A stretch of 64,000 bases of DNA from Antedon mediterranea (taxonomy: Eukaryota > Animalia > Echinodermata), in NCBI RefSeq assembly GCF_964355755.1, contig NC_092675.1, forward strand, positions 30,972,912 to 31,036,911, given 5' to 3'. The notes under the pieces are model-generated. The model was not told where the DNA came from. It searched no databases and saw nothing but the letters and a program-made list of their open reading frames with translations. Positions 1 through 13,681 of this stretch are shown in pieces (position 1 is the first letter of the stretch; each line of letters begins with the position of its first letter). The translations under genes and the position numbers were made by a program.

Positions 1-1771
1 AGTAGTAAACTGTATATTTTGCACAGGATTATAAAATAATAATATACTTGTCGTATACTATGATTAAAATTTGAATATGCAAAAAAACATAGGAAACCAT
101 TTTCAAAGTTGAAGGTTTTAGAATGCTTTAGCCGACACTGTTCAAAGCACAGACAACATGTTATACCCTGCTATTATGATGTGATTTCAGCATGTTTATT
201 GTTTTCAGGGTTGCAAGTAATTTCCTGAGGGGTGACTCGCCGTAAATTTGTATTTTTCTAAATTTATATGGTATGATGAGATAAAGGATTAAAAACTCAT
301 GTGATTGAATTAAGTGTCATGTTTTGATATTTCTTTGACCCTTGGCCAGTGCTAAAATGGATCTTAAGTTGATGCTTAATTAGTTGTGATTTCCATGCAT
401 TACAAAGACTGTATCAATATGCTGTAACTAAACCATAGACGAATAAGTTAGGATCTCCATACTTAAACTAATAATCACTTAATAACCAAAGGTTCAAAAT
501 GTTATAGAATTATGTTTTTTAACTAATTTATTGATGATTATTTTTGACATAAAATACAATGTAGTATTTTAAGATGATGTTGCATGTTAATTTGTAGTGT
601 TATTTTGATTATTTGTGCATTTATATAAACAATGTTTCTTGTTTACATTACCGTATAACAACAGACCAAACTTTGCCAATACCGAGTATATTATTACGAA
701 TAAAATCATATTTTACTCACACTAAAATGCTTTTTTCTCTTTTGAGTTTATGATTTCTTCAGAAAGCCTTACCACTTTATTAATTTATTATTTTATTTGT
801 TATTTTATTTTGTGATTTATATTATTACACCATACACTTATTCATCCACAATAATTTATTTACAACAGCATAATTATTACTAAACATTATTCATTGTTTT
901 CACGCTGCTGCTCTAGCCCGCTACGTCCCATTAGGACTACTCAATCAGAAGCTAAAGCAAGCAGCAGTTATAGTTCTAAGGACAGACAGTTTTGTGAAAA
1001 TGGAAACTCCACTATGATTTATTGATTCACAGTAGACCCAAAAAACGTCTGGGAAAGAGTCTATTAGGACATGTCATGCTAAAATTACAAATCCCAAAGC
1101 ATTTCTGGTATATTCACTGTCAGATATTCATTGAATTATTATCGAAACAGTCCATTAAAGTTTGTGTTTGTAATAGGATACTTCACAATTGAAATATCTA
1201 GGGTGATGAAGTGACCCCCAGATTTGACCTTAGCAATAAAATTAACTAAAGTGACAGAAATTGAGTATTCACTTCTGTAACAAAAATATAATATTTATTC
1301 ACATATAAAAAAAGAAAAGAAACCCAAAAACCATTGTCTGACAGACAATTTAAGTATTTGTTGCTTTAAATTACATTTTTTTCAGGTAAAATAACTATTA
1401 TGTGACAATAAAATGACACATTAAAAAACGTTTGAAATAAAAAATATTTTTCAATAAGCGAGCAGCGTTTTTTGTAAGAAATATTTCTTGTTCATTCTAT
1501 TTCAAGTAAGTTTATTATCATAAAACTAGTGGTGGCGACAAACATTTTAAAACATACATAAAGTGACGCGTCAGCAGCATGCAGGGTGGCAGCAGCAGTG
1601 TGGTTACCTACCTACCTTCGAAATGGAATAACCCATGTTCGTCACCAATTTTTTTCCGCTCGAGTTTCTTCCTTTTCGCTCGAAAAATTGCATCGCGCGG
1701 AAAGAAGGAATTGAGAGATTGGTAAGCCTACTACTACTAGCCTAGTACTAGGCCATTAGAATCGGGCAAAA

Positions 1772-4700
1772 ATGTCAGGAAGAAGAGACAGACGAGATTA
1801 TGACAGTGGAAGTTCTAGTTATAGATCATCAAGACATCATGACGGGGGAAGACATGGAAGGCATAGCTCTCATCATGATGGTGACTGGATCTGCTCGGGG
1901 TAAAACGATTCGATGATCATGTGCTGGGTGGAGTGGTACGGCCTAGGCCAGGCTAGCCTAGCTAGGCTAGACCGGCTCATCCATTCGGCTGCTCAATATA
2001 TATAGGTCTGGGGCTAAAGTAGACCCATTCCCCTAGCTATGAATAGGTCTAATAGTCCTGGACAATCAACCATGAATGTTGTTTTTTTTCCTTCTCCCTT
2101 ATTTTATTTTTTGGTTGGTGTTTTTTTCTTTCGTATGTGACTTGGCCTGGTATTTTTTGGTCAATTCTATTATTTTAGAGGGTTACATATAACTACCTAT
2201 TTAAATATCGGCATTATCAAATCATTGTTTGATCAAAATAATTGGGTTAATATTGTTTGTTAAAGCATTATTTGAACATAATAATATTATTTTATTTTAG
2301 AAATAAATATCGCGATTGACTGGGAGTAGTTTCATTGTCTTCTGTTGATCACAAAACATGACTTACTGCATTATGTTAATGTGAAAGAGTAGGCCTAGGA
2401 TCAAAGCCACCAGCCACATACCAATTTTGATGCAATTTTTTAAAGTATGAATAAGAGTAACAAAAACCTGGTTTGAACCATGTAAAGAATAATGTATACT
2501 GTAGCTTGTTCCATTTCAGTATCTTTATTTACCTCCTTATTTTTGTAGGTGTGGTAACAACAATTTTGCTAGACGAAGGCAATGCAATAAATGTGGACAA
2601 GGTATAGCCTGTTTAAAGCATTCTTTTACTTTACTCAAAGTATAGCATGAATATTGCAGAATCTTTAACATTTACATATTTAAAGCAACATGGAAGGGAT
2701 TCTTTTTTCCCTTCACATATAAAGTCTGGCGTTGACAATGTTTATTTGGATGCTTTTCTGACACTGGATTAGTAGTACTAAAAAATACAATGTTTTAGTA
2801 AAATTTACTCCTAACATAAACATCAAATTTTAATTTATTGAACACAATATCTGTAAATTACTATACATTTACATGAAAATTTAAATTTCAAGGGATCTAG
2901 ATAATATTAGATATTTATTACAAATAAAATAGTAAATACTCAATTTTTTTTTCAAAATTTGATTGTCAATTCATTGAATTCTATTTAATTTAATTTCTAT
3001 TGTTAGAATGTCTCGTCATATTGTAATTTTGTGAGGGTCCCTAATGATCAGCTTCGGCTGGATTGACCACCCTTGTAAAATATTGTTGAAATAAATAAAC
3101 CTTTTAAAATTCAACACTTGAAATGATAAGTTTTTAGACACTCGCCTCTTTAACTGAAATGTAAATGACTATTTACAGAGAAGTCTCATGCGAAGACAAA
3201 GTCAGGAGGAATAGAGATTGGGAAACAGCTGGCAGAGAAGAGCAAGGGGTTGTTTGCTGCTGATGACTGGCAGTGTAAAATGCAAGTTTAACACTTTTCA
3301 TTTATTTACTCATAAACTAGTTTTAAACCTTGTCTAAACTATCAAACTTTATGTGATGTGCCCATATATGGACATGATGATGTCATATCACTACCATATT
3401 TGTTGGGCATATTACTATCAAATTTGGGTATATCACACTTTTTTGTCAAACAAGTTTGATAGTGTAGACAGCTTTACTTTCAACGTTTTAAATTTTAATA
3501 CATTACATACTTATTTTTTTGGTCTAAAATATTAACTTTCTATGTACTGTGCATATGTTTTATGACATTAGTAACAAAGTGTTAACTTTCTATGTACTGT
3601 GCATATGTTTTATGACATTAGTAACAAAGTGTTAACTTTCTATGTACTGTGCATATGTTTTATGACATTAGTAACAAAGTGTTGGATTAATATAAATTGG
3701 TTTATATTTTAAACCCAGACTTGGTTGTCTATATGTAGGTTTATATTTTCAATTAAATTTATTCCGGATTTTATATGAACAATATAAACAAACATAACAC
3801 AACAGCAAACTGTACCATACAAAAGTATTGGTTACTTTTTAGTGTTTCTAAAAATATCATGAAATACTTTATTTTTGTTTTGTCAAATGCTGAAATGTGC
3901 CAACGAATTATGACAAAAAATAACTCTACATCATTTTAACAGAAACAGGATTTAAATGCACACGTTTAATGTGATAGTCAGATGCTGAAATAACAGAATG
4001 TGCTTCTAATTCCCTAATGTCATCCCTAATACCAAGAAATCTGAATGTTATAATATGTATTTTAAGCAAGAAATTGCTTAATAACTGATTAAAATTCAGT
4101 ATATCGCCACACGTCCATAAATACAGTTTAATAAACTAACCCTATAATGTTGTTTATAGGTTTGTTTCTTAGTTCCCTACGCTTCACTTATAAATTGTAA
4201 TTGCAGATACTGAATGGCTACTTAGTAAGCCTTCAATATGTTAACCCTTTGGGATACTCTGTTTACACTTAAAAACCTTTTTCTGACTACAGGTTTTAGG
4301 ATTTCTTTTTTGCACTACATATTAAATAATAATAATAATGGCTGCCATTATGTCATCGATGTCCACTATGTGTGCATGTCACTTCTATACACAGGTTATG
4401 ACACTACACTACCATTTGAATTTATGCCTAACAACCTATAATTAAAACAATAACATAGATAACCTATAATATACTCAATAATCATAGAATATCATATCAT
4501 AGTTTAATCTTTCATCTATGGATCCAATACAATAGTTGTTCTTTCACATTTCCATCTTCCACTTATATCAAATTATTTCTTTCTTTAATGTGATTGTGAT
4601 GCAACACTGGTATTACACGTGAAGCACACATAAAACAAAAACGTGAATATAGTATAAATACGCAATCACAGCATGCAACTTTTGTTGCAGGGGTCATAAT

Positions 4701-7301
4701 ATTACATTTTTAAATGAACATACACTCACACCAAGGACTATAAGTCATGTTCACACTAACAGTCACGATGATATTCTCAGGGTACATTTTCATTCTACTG
4801 CCCTCTATAGAGGAATACTGTAGCCTGTGAGGTAAAAATATGTTGTTTTAATACACATAATACATTTTATTTTTACAATTTAAAAAAAACATTGTTGTAT
4901 TGGTTGGTACAGGTGTGGCAATGTGAACTGGTCTCGTCGGTCTGAATGTAATGTTTGTAAATCCCCAAAAGTTGGATGTGTAGAGTCTAGAACAGGTAAA
5001 TAATTGACTTATTGAATTGAATATCTGACATTTTTGTATAATTTTTAGCTCAAAATGTTGAAAACAGTTATCTTAATTTAGTATAGTATATGTCATGTTT
5101 TTTTAAACATTGTGTCTGTAGGCTATGGTGGTGGATTTAATGAACGTGAAAACGTACAGTACAATGAAAGGGAAGATTCTGATGGAGAGTTTGATGAGGT
5201 AAAAACATTGCAACATTCATGTCATCAACTTTGTCATCATGGCCATGAAATCATAAGTCTTAAACAAAATGCCACAGGCTGGCTGATGAATGGTTGTAAC
5301 TAAACATGTATGGCTCTACTCCAATCAGATAGTCTTAAACAAAATGCCACAGGCTGGCTGATGAATGGTTGTAACTAAACATGTATGGCTCTACTCCAAT
5401 CAGATAGTCTTAAACAAAATGCCACAGGCTGGCTGATGAATGGTTGTAACTAAACATGTATGGCTCTACTCCAATCAGATAGTCTTAAACAAAATTCCAC
5501 AGGCTGGCTGATGAATGGTTGTAACTAAACATGTATGGCTCTACTCCAATCAGATAGTCTTAAACAAAATGCCACAGGCTGGCTGATGAATGGTTGTAAC
5601 TAAACATGTATGGCTCTACTCCAATCAGATAGTCTTAAACAAAATTCCACAGGCTGGCTGATGAATGGTTGTAACTAAACATGTATGGCTCTACTCCAAT
5701 CAGATAGTCTTATTTGTATGGTAGAATACTAAATAATTTAACAAAATTAAGTTTAAATTGTTTTGAAGAAATCATTAAAATAAAAGTCTCAAAACAAACG
5801 TAGGCCCCAACTACCCAACTATAATAAACTAAATTGACTGGTCGACAAACACAGAATTAAACGAATCACACAATAATTGTTTGGTGTCGCCGAAGCTTCC
5901 ATTTATTTGTTGTATTGGCTGCACCCAGCACGAAGCTCAATTGTCGACTGCCCCGTACAACATCCTGTGCAATGTTTATTTATAGCTAATTTGCATAAAG
6001 GTATAACAAAGAACAATACAGTATGCTCTATTGCACACTGATGTATTCACCTTCTGAACAAAAAGACAATTGGCCCATCGTAGTTGCAATTATTGTTTAT
6101 GTCAGAGGTCATTTAAATCCTTATTTTGGTGTAAGTAAGTACATCGATTAAGTAACTTTTCTTTTTCTACAGTTTGGAAGAAAAAAGAAGAAATACCGCG
6201 GTAAGCTTGATGATGAACGTAAAGAACGTGAAACAAAAAATGAAACAAATAAAAAAGAAAAAGAAGATGAAGAAGATGAGGAGGATGATGAGGAGGATGG
6301 TGATTCAGATGCGTACAAATTGACATCAGATGTAAGAAGAATAATCAGTATACATAGTAATAATAGTATATCACAATGTAGACTTACCTATACTTAGACA
6401 GCATCATACGATGAGGCTCGACGCAACGTCTTGACTCGTTGGTGCTGTCTGAGTTAAATCCCAACGAGACGCCTTGAGATAGCGTCGGGCATAGTTTTTA
6501 GATTGTCATGAAAAACTTTAAACATGTATAATTTTCTTCCGATGAGACAACCTACAAACGTACAATGTGACCTACAAGTCATCTATTAATAGTGATAAGA
6601 TGGCAGACTTCAAATTTGATACATTCAGATTTGTGTAACTTGTTCACTTAATGCTAGGTGAATAAAAAAAATCCACCACAGTATTTCAAGTTTTATTGTT
6701 TCACACAATACAATATACAATATAATACAGAACATAAATTAATAAATACAATTGTGTGAGGAGGACGCATTAAGCCAAGGCTTTAAGTTTAGTCCTCCAG
6801 ATGATCAGATGATGATGTTGGAAAGTATAACAAATAACATGATGGTACTAAACTTATTTGTTTCAGGAAGAAGAAGAAGAAGATGAAAATGATGTATCAG
6901 CTTATGATTTAGGAGACAGTGATGAAGACACAAACGATAAAAAAGATCCAAATAGCTCTGCTGCCAAGTAAGATCTTATAATGAATAGAACAGGAATCCC
7001 AAAATTTTAAATGCCCGACATGATTTTTTAATTGCCCCGGACATTAGGCTGGTGATTTTGCAATTGCTGGACAAATAATCAAAAATGAGAAAGTATGGTT
7101 TATAGACTTACCACAATACAAGGTGGCTATAATGTATTTATCTTACTGAAAAGTAAACATAAATTAAAAAGATTATTTATTTTATACTTGATTAGATCGT
7201 CTGAAAACAGTGAATCCGCTGGACACGACGGACAAAGGAAACGGGCAAGAAGTCGGTCAAGATCACATGAAAGAGAAATAAAGAAATTTGCCGAATCATG
7301 A
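1772..7301 (+). CDS. ZRANB2: Zinc finger Ran-binding domain-containing protein 2 (splicing factor), 8 coding exons, ~269 aa
   Basis: Exons 1772-1899, 2549-2601, 3179-3281, 4913-4995, 5122-5198, 6173-6331, 6867-6967, 7196-7301 join in frame (810 nt). Two RanBP2 fingers (DGDWICSGCGNNNFARRRQCNKC; DDWQCKMCGNVNWSRRSECNVC), linker GGIEIGKQLAEKSKGLFAADDW, then RTGYGGGFNERENVQYNEREDSDGEFDEFGRKKKKYRG, an acidic tract and a short RS tail. Intron 3 needs a GC donor. AATAAA near 7359 and 7511. Confidence 0.93.
3028..3099 (+). mobile_element. Isolated SINE/LINE 3' tail
   Basis: GAGGGTCCCTAATGATCAGCTTCGGCTGGA..ACCCT + AAATAAATAAA, homologous to the SINE 3' end. Confidence 0.55.
3328..3474. mobile_element. 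MITE family A copy
   Basis: ACTATCAAAC...GTGATGTGCCCATATATGGACATGATGATGTCAT...GTTTGATAGTGTAGACAGC. Confidence 0.7.
3532..3683. repeat. 50-bp tandem repeat x3
   Basis: TTAACTTTCTATGTACTGTGCATATGTTTTATGACATTAGTAACAAAGTG. Confidence 0.95.
5256..5711. repeat. 75-bp tandem repeat x6
   Basis: AGTCTTAAACAAAATGCCACAGGCTGGCTGATGAATGG...CCAATCAGAT, near-identical copies. Confidence 0.95.
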
Positions 7302-7726
7302 TAGCAAGAAAGGTTTTGGTAAAGCATGGCTAGGTTCAAGGGATTGTAAACAATTCGGAATAAAATGAATAATCTATTAAAAAACAATACAAATTATACT
7401 GCAGTGAATTGTTTTAAACATACAGTAGTCCATACTCTAGCCATTTTGTTTTTTTTAAATAATAGATTTAACTATGAAATTTGAAATTAATAGCAATTTC
7501 CAAATACTGGAATAAAACAAGTATCAAATTAATACACATTTATTTCTTTTAAATCATTTTAAAAATACATATTACCTGTTTTTCGTTTTGTTATGAAATT
7601 ATACAAATAATTCAAATCCCATATTGTTCATTAAATTATAAGAGGAAATTACAAGCAAGTTTTTCAATTAAAACGTGTGTTGCGAAAGCTATGTACTATT
7701 ATGGTAAATACATATGGTCTATTAGA

Positions 7727-8240
7727 ACACACACAGTACACCATTATTACACAACACACACCACAACACTCCACACCACACACACAACACACCACACACG
7801 CAACACTCCACACACACACAAAACACTCCACACACACACACAACACTCCACACACACACACAACACTCCACACACACACACACAACACTCCACACACACA
7901 ACACTCCACACACTCAACACTCCACACACTCAACACTCCACACACACAACACTCCACACACACAACACTCCACACACACACAAAACACTCCACACACACA
8001 CACAACACTCCACACACACACACAACACTCCACACACACACACACAACACTCCACACACTCAACACTCCACACACACAACACTCCACACACGCAACACTC
8101 CACACACACACAAAACACTCCACACACACACACAACACTCCACACACACACACAACACTCCACACACACACACACAACACTCCACACACTCAACACTCCA
8201 CACACACAACACTCCACACACACAACACTCCACACATACA
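7727..8240. repeat. Compound (CA)n / CAACACTC microsatellite
   Basis: CAACACTC alternating with variable CA runs; explains the His/Thr and Cys/Val ORFs in the track. Confidence 0.97.
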
Positions 8241-8694
8241 ACTCAATCACGCACAGACATAAATTTGAAAAAGAGAAAAAAACATGGAATTTGCACAATA
8301 ACTAGCTATACATAGAAATATTGCTATTAATTGATTTAAAGCAAGCAGTACCAGTACTGAAATAGAGCAGTGTCCTACTTAAACACAACTAGGACGATGT
8401 CATCAATTTGTCACTTTGTAACTTTAAATGACTTCATCCTCTTTATATAATCTTAACCTTTATAAAATATTGAATGACATTTGAAATGAAGTCATCACTG
8501 CAGAATGTGAATTGAGGCAGAACAACTTAATGTTGTCTATTAAGTATTTACTTTACTCTCTCTCTAAGTTGAATGATTTATTCTACAAGTTTTTACCCAT
8601 TTTGTTTTTACATTCAATCTAAGCAATTGGTTAAGAAAAGAAAATGTACAAATTAAATCAAATTATCCAAAAGTTTGGTTAAAAATATATCTTA

Positions 8695-8840
8695 AGCTAT
8701 CAAACTAGATTGACAAAAAAAGTGTGATGATGTGGCCAAATATGGTAGGGATATGCATAAATATGGAAGTGATATGACATCAGCATATCCATATATAGGT
8801 ACATCACATTTTCTTGTCATACAGTTTGATAGTGTAGACC
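8695..8840. mobile_element. MITE family A copy, followed by a 51-bp duplication of its end
   Basis: CTATCAAACTAG...TGTGGCCAAATATGGTAG...ACATCACA...GTTTGATAGTGTAGAC; 8822-8925 is duplicated. Confidence 0.65.
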
Positions 8841-11800
8841 ACGCCCATCAACAGATACTGGATATAGAATACCAGTTTGATAGTGTAGACCACGCCCATC
8901 AACAGATACTGGATATAGAATACCATTTTGGCATTTCTGAGTGGATTCCAGATTGACATACTATACATTGTAGTTTCTATCTGCCAATTCAATGCTGTTA
9001 TTAACTCTTACTGTGTTTTTTTTTCTATCTTTTTCAGATACTATAGTATTCAATGCCTTCTGTCTGTAAGTATATTAAGCTTCGAAGCTCGTTATAATTA
9101 CTACATTATAATACTTTTATTATAAATTTCAATTTTAATGACAATATTATTTTAATTTTATTTTAATTTCATTAAAGATACTTTTCTATTTAGTATCAAC
9201 TCTAGTATTTGCCTATTTAAAAACTAGTGTCTGATAATCATAATAATTTCTGTGTTATTAAGGTATTTCATTATACAAAATGTTATTTTTATTCGTAAAT
9301 TTATTCAAACCCTTTATTCACTATCAAACTTAAAATGGTTACTGTATTCATGCATCATGTTGGTTTAGCATGCAATGTGTTACCTTGAATTATCAACACA
9401 CCTATATTAAGGTGTTTTTAATCAGTTTGAATCTCAACAATTATGATTGTGTTAGAAAATCTTATTTTATGTTTTGTAATTTATATGAATATGACAAACA
9501 TGCAGCGCAGCAAGTGTGTATATATTCATTGTATCATTATTATTTAAAAAGTAAAAATTTGGCATATTCAATTTGGGAATTTAATTTTATTGTTTCTTTT
9601 GTTTTTTTTTTTAATTGAGTATTTCAGGCCTGACTACAAGCTTGAATTAATTATTGTTTACTAATCAAATACAACAATTATATAAGTCTGTTGAGATCAA
9701 AGGTTACCAATTGAATATGCCAATTACATACTTGCCAAGGCCCTCATATACATCTTAACTGAGGCATGTCAACAAATAGGCAATCCTTCAGTCAAATAAG
9801 TGCTGCATTAAAATCTGCAGCATTGCTAGCTTAATTATACAGTTCATTTTATCTGTCTAAAAGATAAATTGTTTTTCTTAATACAGAATGAATCAATTAT
9901 TATTATTTACGATCGTCAAGATTTGTAAGAAATTAGCTTTTTTTTCTAGTAGATAGATTTATACTAACTGTAGAATAGAATAATTATTTAAGAATACACT
10001 TATTCACTTGACTATGTGAAGGAAATGATGCTATAAAGTTTACACATCAAAAAATATCCAATAAATTACAATATTTTGATTTCTATACTCTTACAATAAT
10101 TACAATGAAGACGTTTAACAACTAAGAATATTATGTGGCAATTATTTCTGCTTTTACGTTTTAATAAAAATAATCTGTTTGTACCTTAAATGATGGAATA
10201 AATGTGCAGCTTAATGGAAACACAGGCAATGGTTCAAGTAATACAACACTTTGTGATTGGTCAAATTCTGTTTAATGTTGCTTGTGCTTTTCTATAGCCA
10301 GATACATGCCTTAATAACTCCCAACATTCAAAGTTTACTTGTTTACAACATGCACGTTAAGCTGAGTCACAATGAATCCTAGACAAATCAACGCTGCAAG
10401 GCTTGTTTCATCATTTATGGTATTTTATAAATAAATGAGATTTTTTACAGCCAGTGGGCTAAAAAATATTTTAAAATATGCAAAATACCTAATAAACAAT
10501 ACTACTTATAACACTAATATTGCTAATATATTTACACTGTTGTAGGCCATGACGGCTATAAAAAATTAAAAAGTTATGAGACCATGAAATCATAACGAGG
10601 CCAAATATTTGCGATATAATAGGAATTTAATGTCTGTATAATTGTGTGTATGTAGGCTGTATTACTAACTTTTATTAAAAGATTACAAATAAATTGAACA
10701 ATGCTGTGTAATGTACTTAATGTGTTTACGTGTTGGCTTATGTATTTAAGCATGGCCTCATGCTAAATTGAGCTTACAAATATCAATTTTAATATTAAAG
10801 ATCAAATTTTGTCTACTGCAGTAGCTGCATTTTGTTACTGCAACTGTAAACATCTTGCTACATAATGAACAGATAATAACTGCAGTAAACAAAGGTATTA
10901 ACTGCAGTAAAAACGATTTTAAAATGGTCTCTTAGTGATCTGTATTGCATAATTACCAAGTAATAAAACTAACTTCTTATGAATTATATTATTTATTCAT
11001 AACTGAACATACTGGTAGTTTCCAGCAGTAAAACAAACAATAGTCTTCCTCGTCAAATCTGAATTGAAATTCCTCAATAATTTACTTGAACCTCGCATAT
11101 TTAATTTATGCCACTTTTTTAAACATTTCCCTTCTAACAGCGTAAACGCCAATAACAGGATCGATACATACAATGAAAAGTATAAATAGACGTATAAAGT
11201 GAAGAACATTCATAAAATTCGCAAGAAAATACACCGAAAATTTATGATATATACGAGGTAAGAGTGATTTTTTTTACGAATAGTGACTTAATTTAAATGA
11301 TTTAAAGTGTTTTTTTTTTCTTTTGTTGTCATACTAAAAATATTCCTTCAGGAGGACAATATATCTTTAAATTTATTTAATTTTATTGACAAATATAGAA
11401 TAACAAATTGTTAAGACTAAACATGGAAGCAAGTAGGCACTAGCCTGAACCATGCAGAAATAAATAAGTTATTTCTCCATGCCTGAACTAATTCCATCAA
11501 ACATTAAGTAAACCTGACGCATAAAAGGCTTAATTATTCACTTCAGTCAAAAATTGGATCGAAACAAATTATTTACCTGAAAAACCTAATTTAAAGCAAA
11601 AACATTTCGCCCTTTTTTTTCTACGAAAGTGAATAACTATTAAATTGGAAATCTCAATTGTTCATGTTTTTAGTCGCGTGCAAACGCGACTCTACAGCTA
11701 GCTCACTATGTCGTTCGGTCTGTCGGTAAACACTAATTTGCGCACGCGACTGCAGCCATGTATATGGCCTTGTTAGGGGACATCTTTATAGGACTACATT

Positions 11801-12774
11801 TAGTATATTCGTTTGTTCAGAGTATTTATATAGGCCTATTATTATATTATATAATTATATATTCTGTATATAAATGTTATATGCGCCGGCACGACAATGA
11901 TAAATGACCGAGTTACATATGCCAATATTTGCTCAGTATATGAAAGCCTGGTTTATATGCTCCTTTATAATAACTTACAAAATCCATTTCTACAAAAACG
12001 TCTATTTTTAAATATATTATTATTAGAAAGAGGTTAAGTGTGTGCTATTGGCTAAGAGTGTGCGATATAACACATGCTGTAACTACTAGGCGTTTAAATA
12101 GTATCTGTTGGGGAATAAATTAAACTTCTTGTACGTGTAAATGGACCTTTATACGCTGGGGGCAGCCATTGATACCCAAATAGACCTTAGATCAAGCATT
12201 GGTTAACTAGTTTCTAAAGTGATAAAATAGCGCCCTGGTTTGGATGTTACGAAAGGTTAGAAATTCAGTATTGAAAGGTTTATAGATCTTCAATTTATTG
12301 CAACATTGATAATGTATTTGAGCTACTTTGTTTCTCATTTTTAATCAATTACATTTTAAGCCAAAATTGGTTTCTTGTTGCGAAGCGATGATTATTTCTC
12401 GTTGACGTAAAACCTGTTGGATAGATTAAACATAAAATAGTGTTAATATAGCTTTTGTTAGATGATTCTGAAATAGTTTGTTAAAATGTGTGTTGCAATG
12501 CAGTATTACGGTACCTTACCTTGCCTATCCTCTTCGTGTGGTGGTGTAAGTTTTCTTCTCCATTCAAACTGGACTTTGGCCACAGAATTGACTTTGTTTC
12601 AAGATCTCAATATCAATACCAAACTATGCGGCACTTGTACTTCGAACAACAGGCATGCCTCGTGAATGTATATGCTCTTTTTTCTTTGTTTGATTTGTTT
12701 ACAATTTAAATTTAATATTGTTATTATGCCTCATCAGAATTCTTAAGAACTTTGAGTCGAAAAGTCGTACAAAT

Positions 12775-12850
12775 GTTAGCACCTTGAGCACTTCTAGTGG
12801 ATATGTGCGCTTTATAAATTATTATTGTTATTTATTATTATTTATTATTA
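12775..12850 (+). mobile_element. L2-like 3' tail remnant
   Basis: AGCACCTTGAGCAC..GTGGATATGTGCGCTTTATAAAT followed by (ATT)n. Confidence 0.45.
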
Positions 12851-13538
12851 AAACTGAATCTCGTTTTGCAAAACATATCTTGTAACCTACATTCCATCAA
12901 CAATAATATGGACACATCGTTGCCATGGCTTTAAAATGAAATAAACAAACTACGTATCATAAGGCAATCGTGGCGCGGAGGAGGGAGATTGGTGGAACTA
13001 GTTCTGACAGACAGCCGCCGCGTCTCAAAAACGTTACTATCAAATTAATCTTTTGAACACATTAATAACATCAAGACGACGCGATTCAAGATTATGATAC
13101 CGATTTATGAACGTATGTGACGAAAGAAATGTTTTAACAACAAGAACAAACATTAATGTTTTTCTTTATCGTCAGACCGCGCCGCTTCTGGAGATGACTT
13201 CTTTTAAGACTTATTTTCCGTCTGAAATTAATGCGAATTTAAGTAAAATAGACAATATTCAACTAAACGAAATGAACTGGTTTGTACAGTCGTTAGTGGG
13301 CGCCACGTGGGATTTACACTGTCATTTAAAACACTCTTGTAATTATTTTCATGCTTTTTCAATTGATTTTTGTTGCAGACCGACACAATTGCTTTTTTGG
13401 TTTTCATTAGTTTTTGCAATCAGATAGGCCTATTTGCTGGCGTTTTGTTTTTATTATTTTTTATCGAATGTTTTGTTTTACCTTATCATGATTTTTTGGT
13501 TCACAAGTAGGAAGATAGCCTAGTCGCTATAACTTCCC

Positions 13539-13681
13539 TTTGGTTCCCACTATAGGACACAATACAATGACGTAAGCGCAAGTAATTTGACCAATCACAT
13601 GTGACGGTTCGGATGAGTAGTCGCGCTGTGATTGATCCTTGCGCGCTTACGTCTGCGTTGCGTCCTAGTGGGAACCAAGCC
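13539..13681. mobile_element. Palindromic MITE family B
   Basis: TTGGTTCCCACTA...TAGTGGGAACCAA termini with internal GACGTAAGCGCAAG/TGACCAATCAC. Related copies at ~21327-21476, ~22185-22252, ~22470-22700, ~62520-62775. Confidence 0.68.

Noticed and set aside
7664-8315. His/Thr-rich and Cys/Val-rich ORFs
   Set aside because: Translations of a CA-based microsatellite.
12519-12660. Minus-strand segment ending in a good donor CAAG|GTAAGG
   Set aside because: Stops in all three frames and no partner exons identified.
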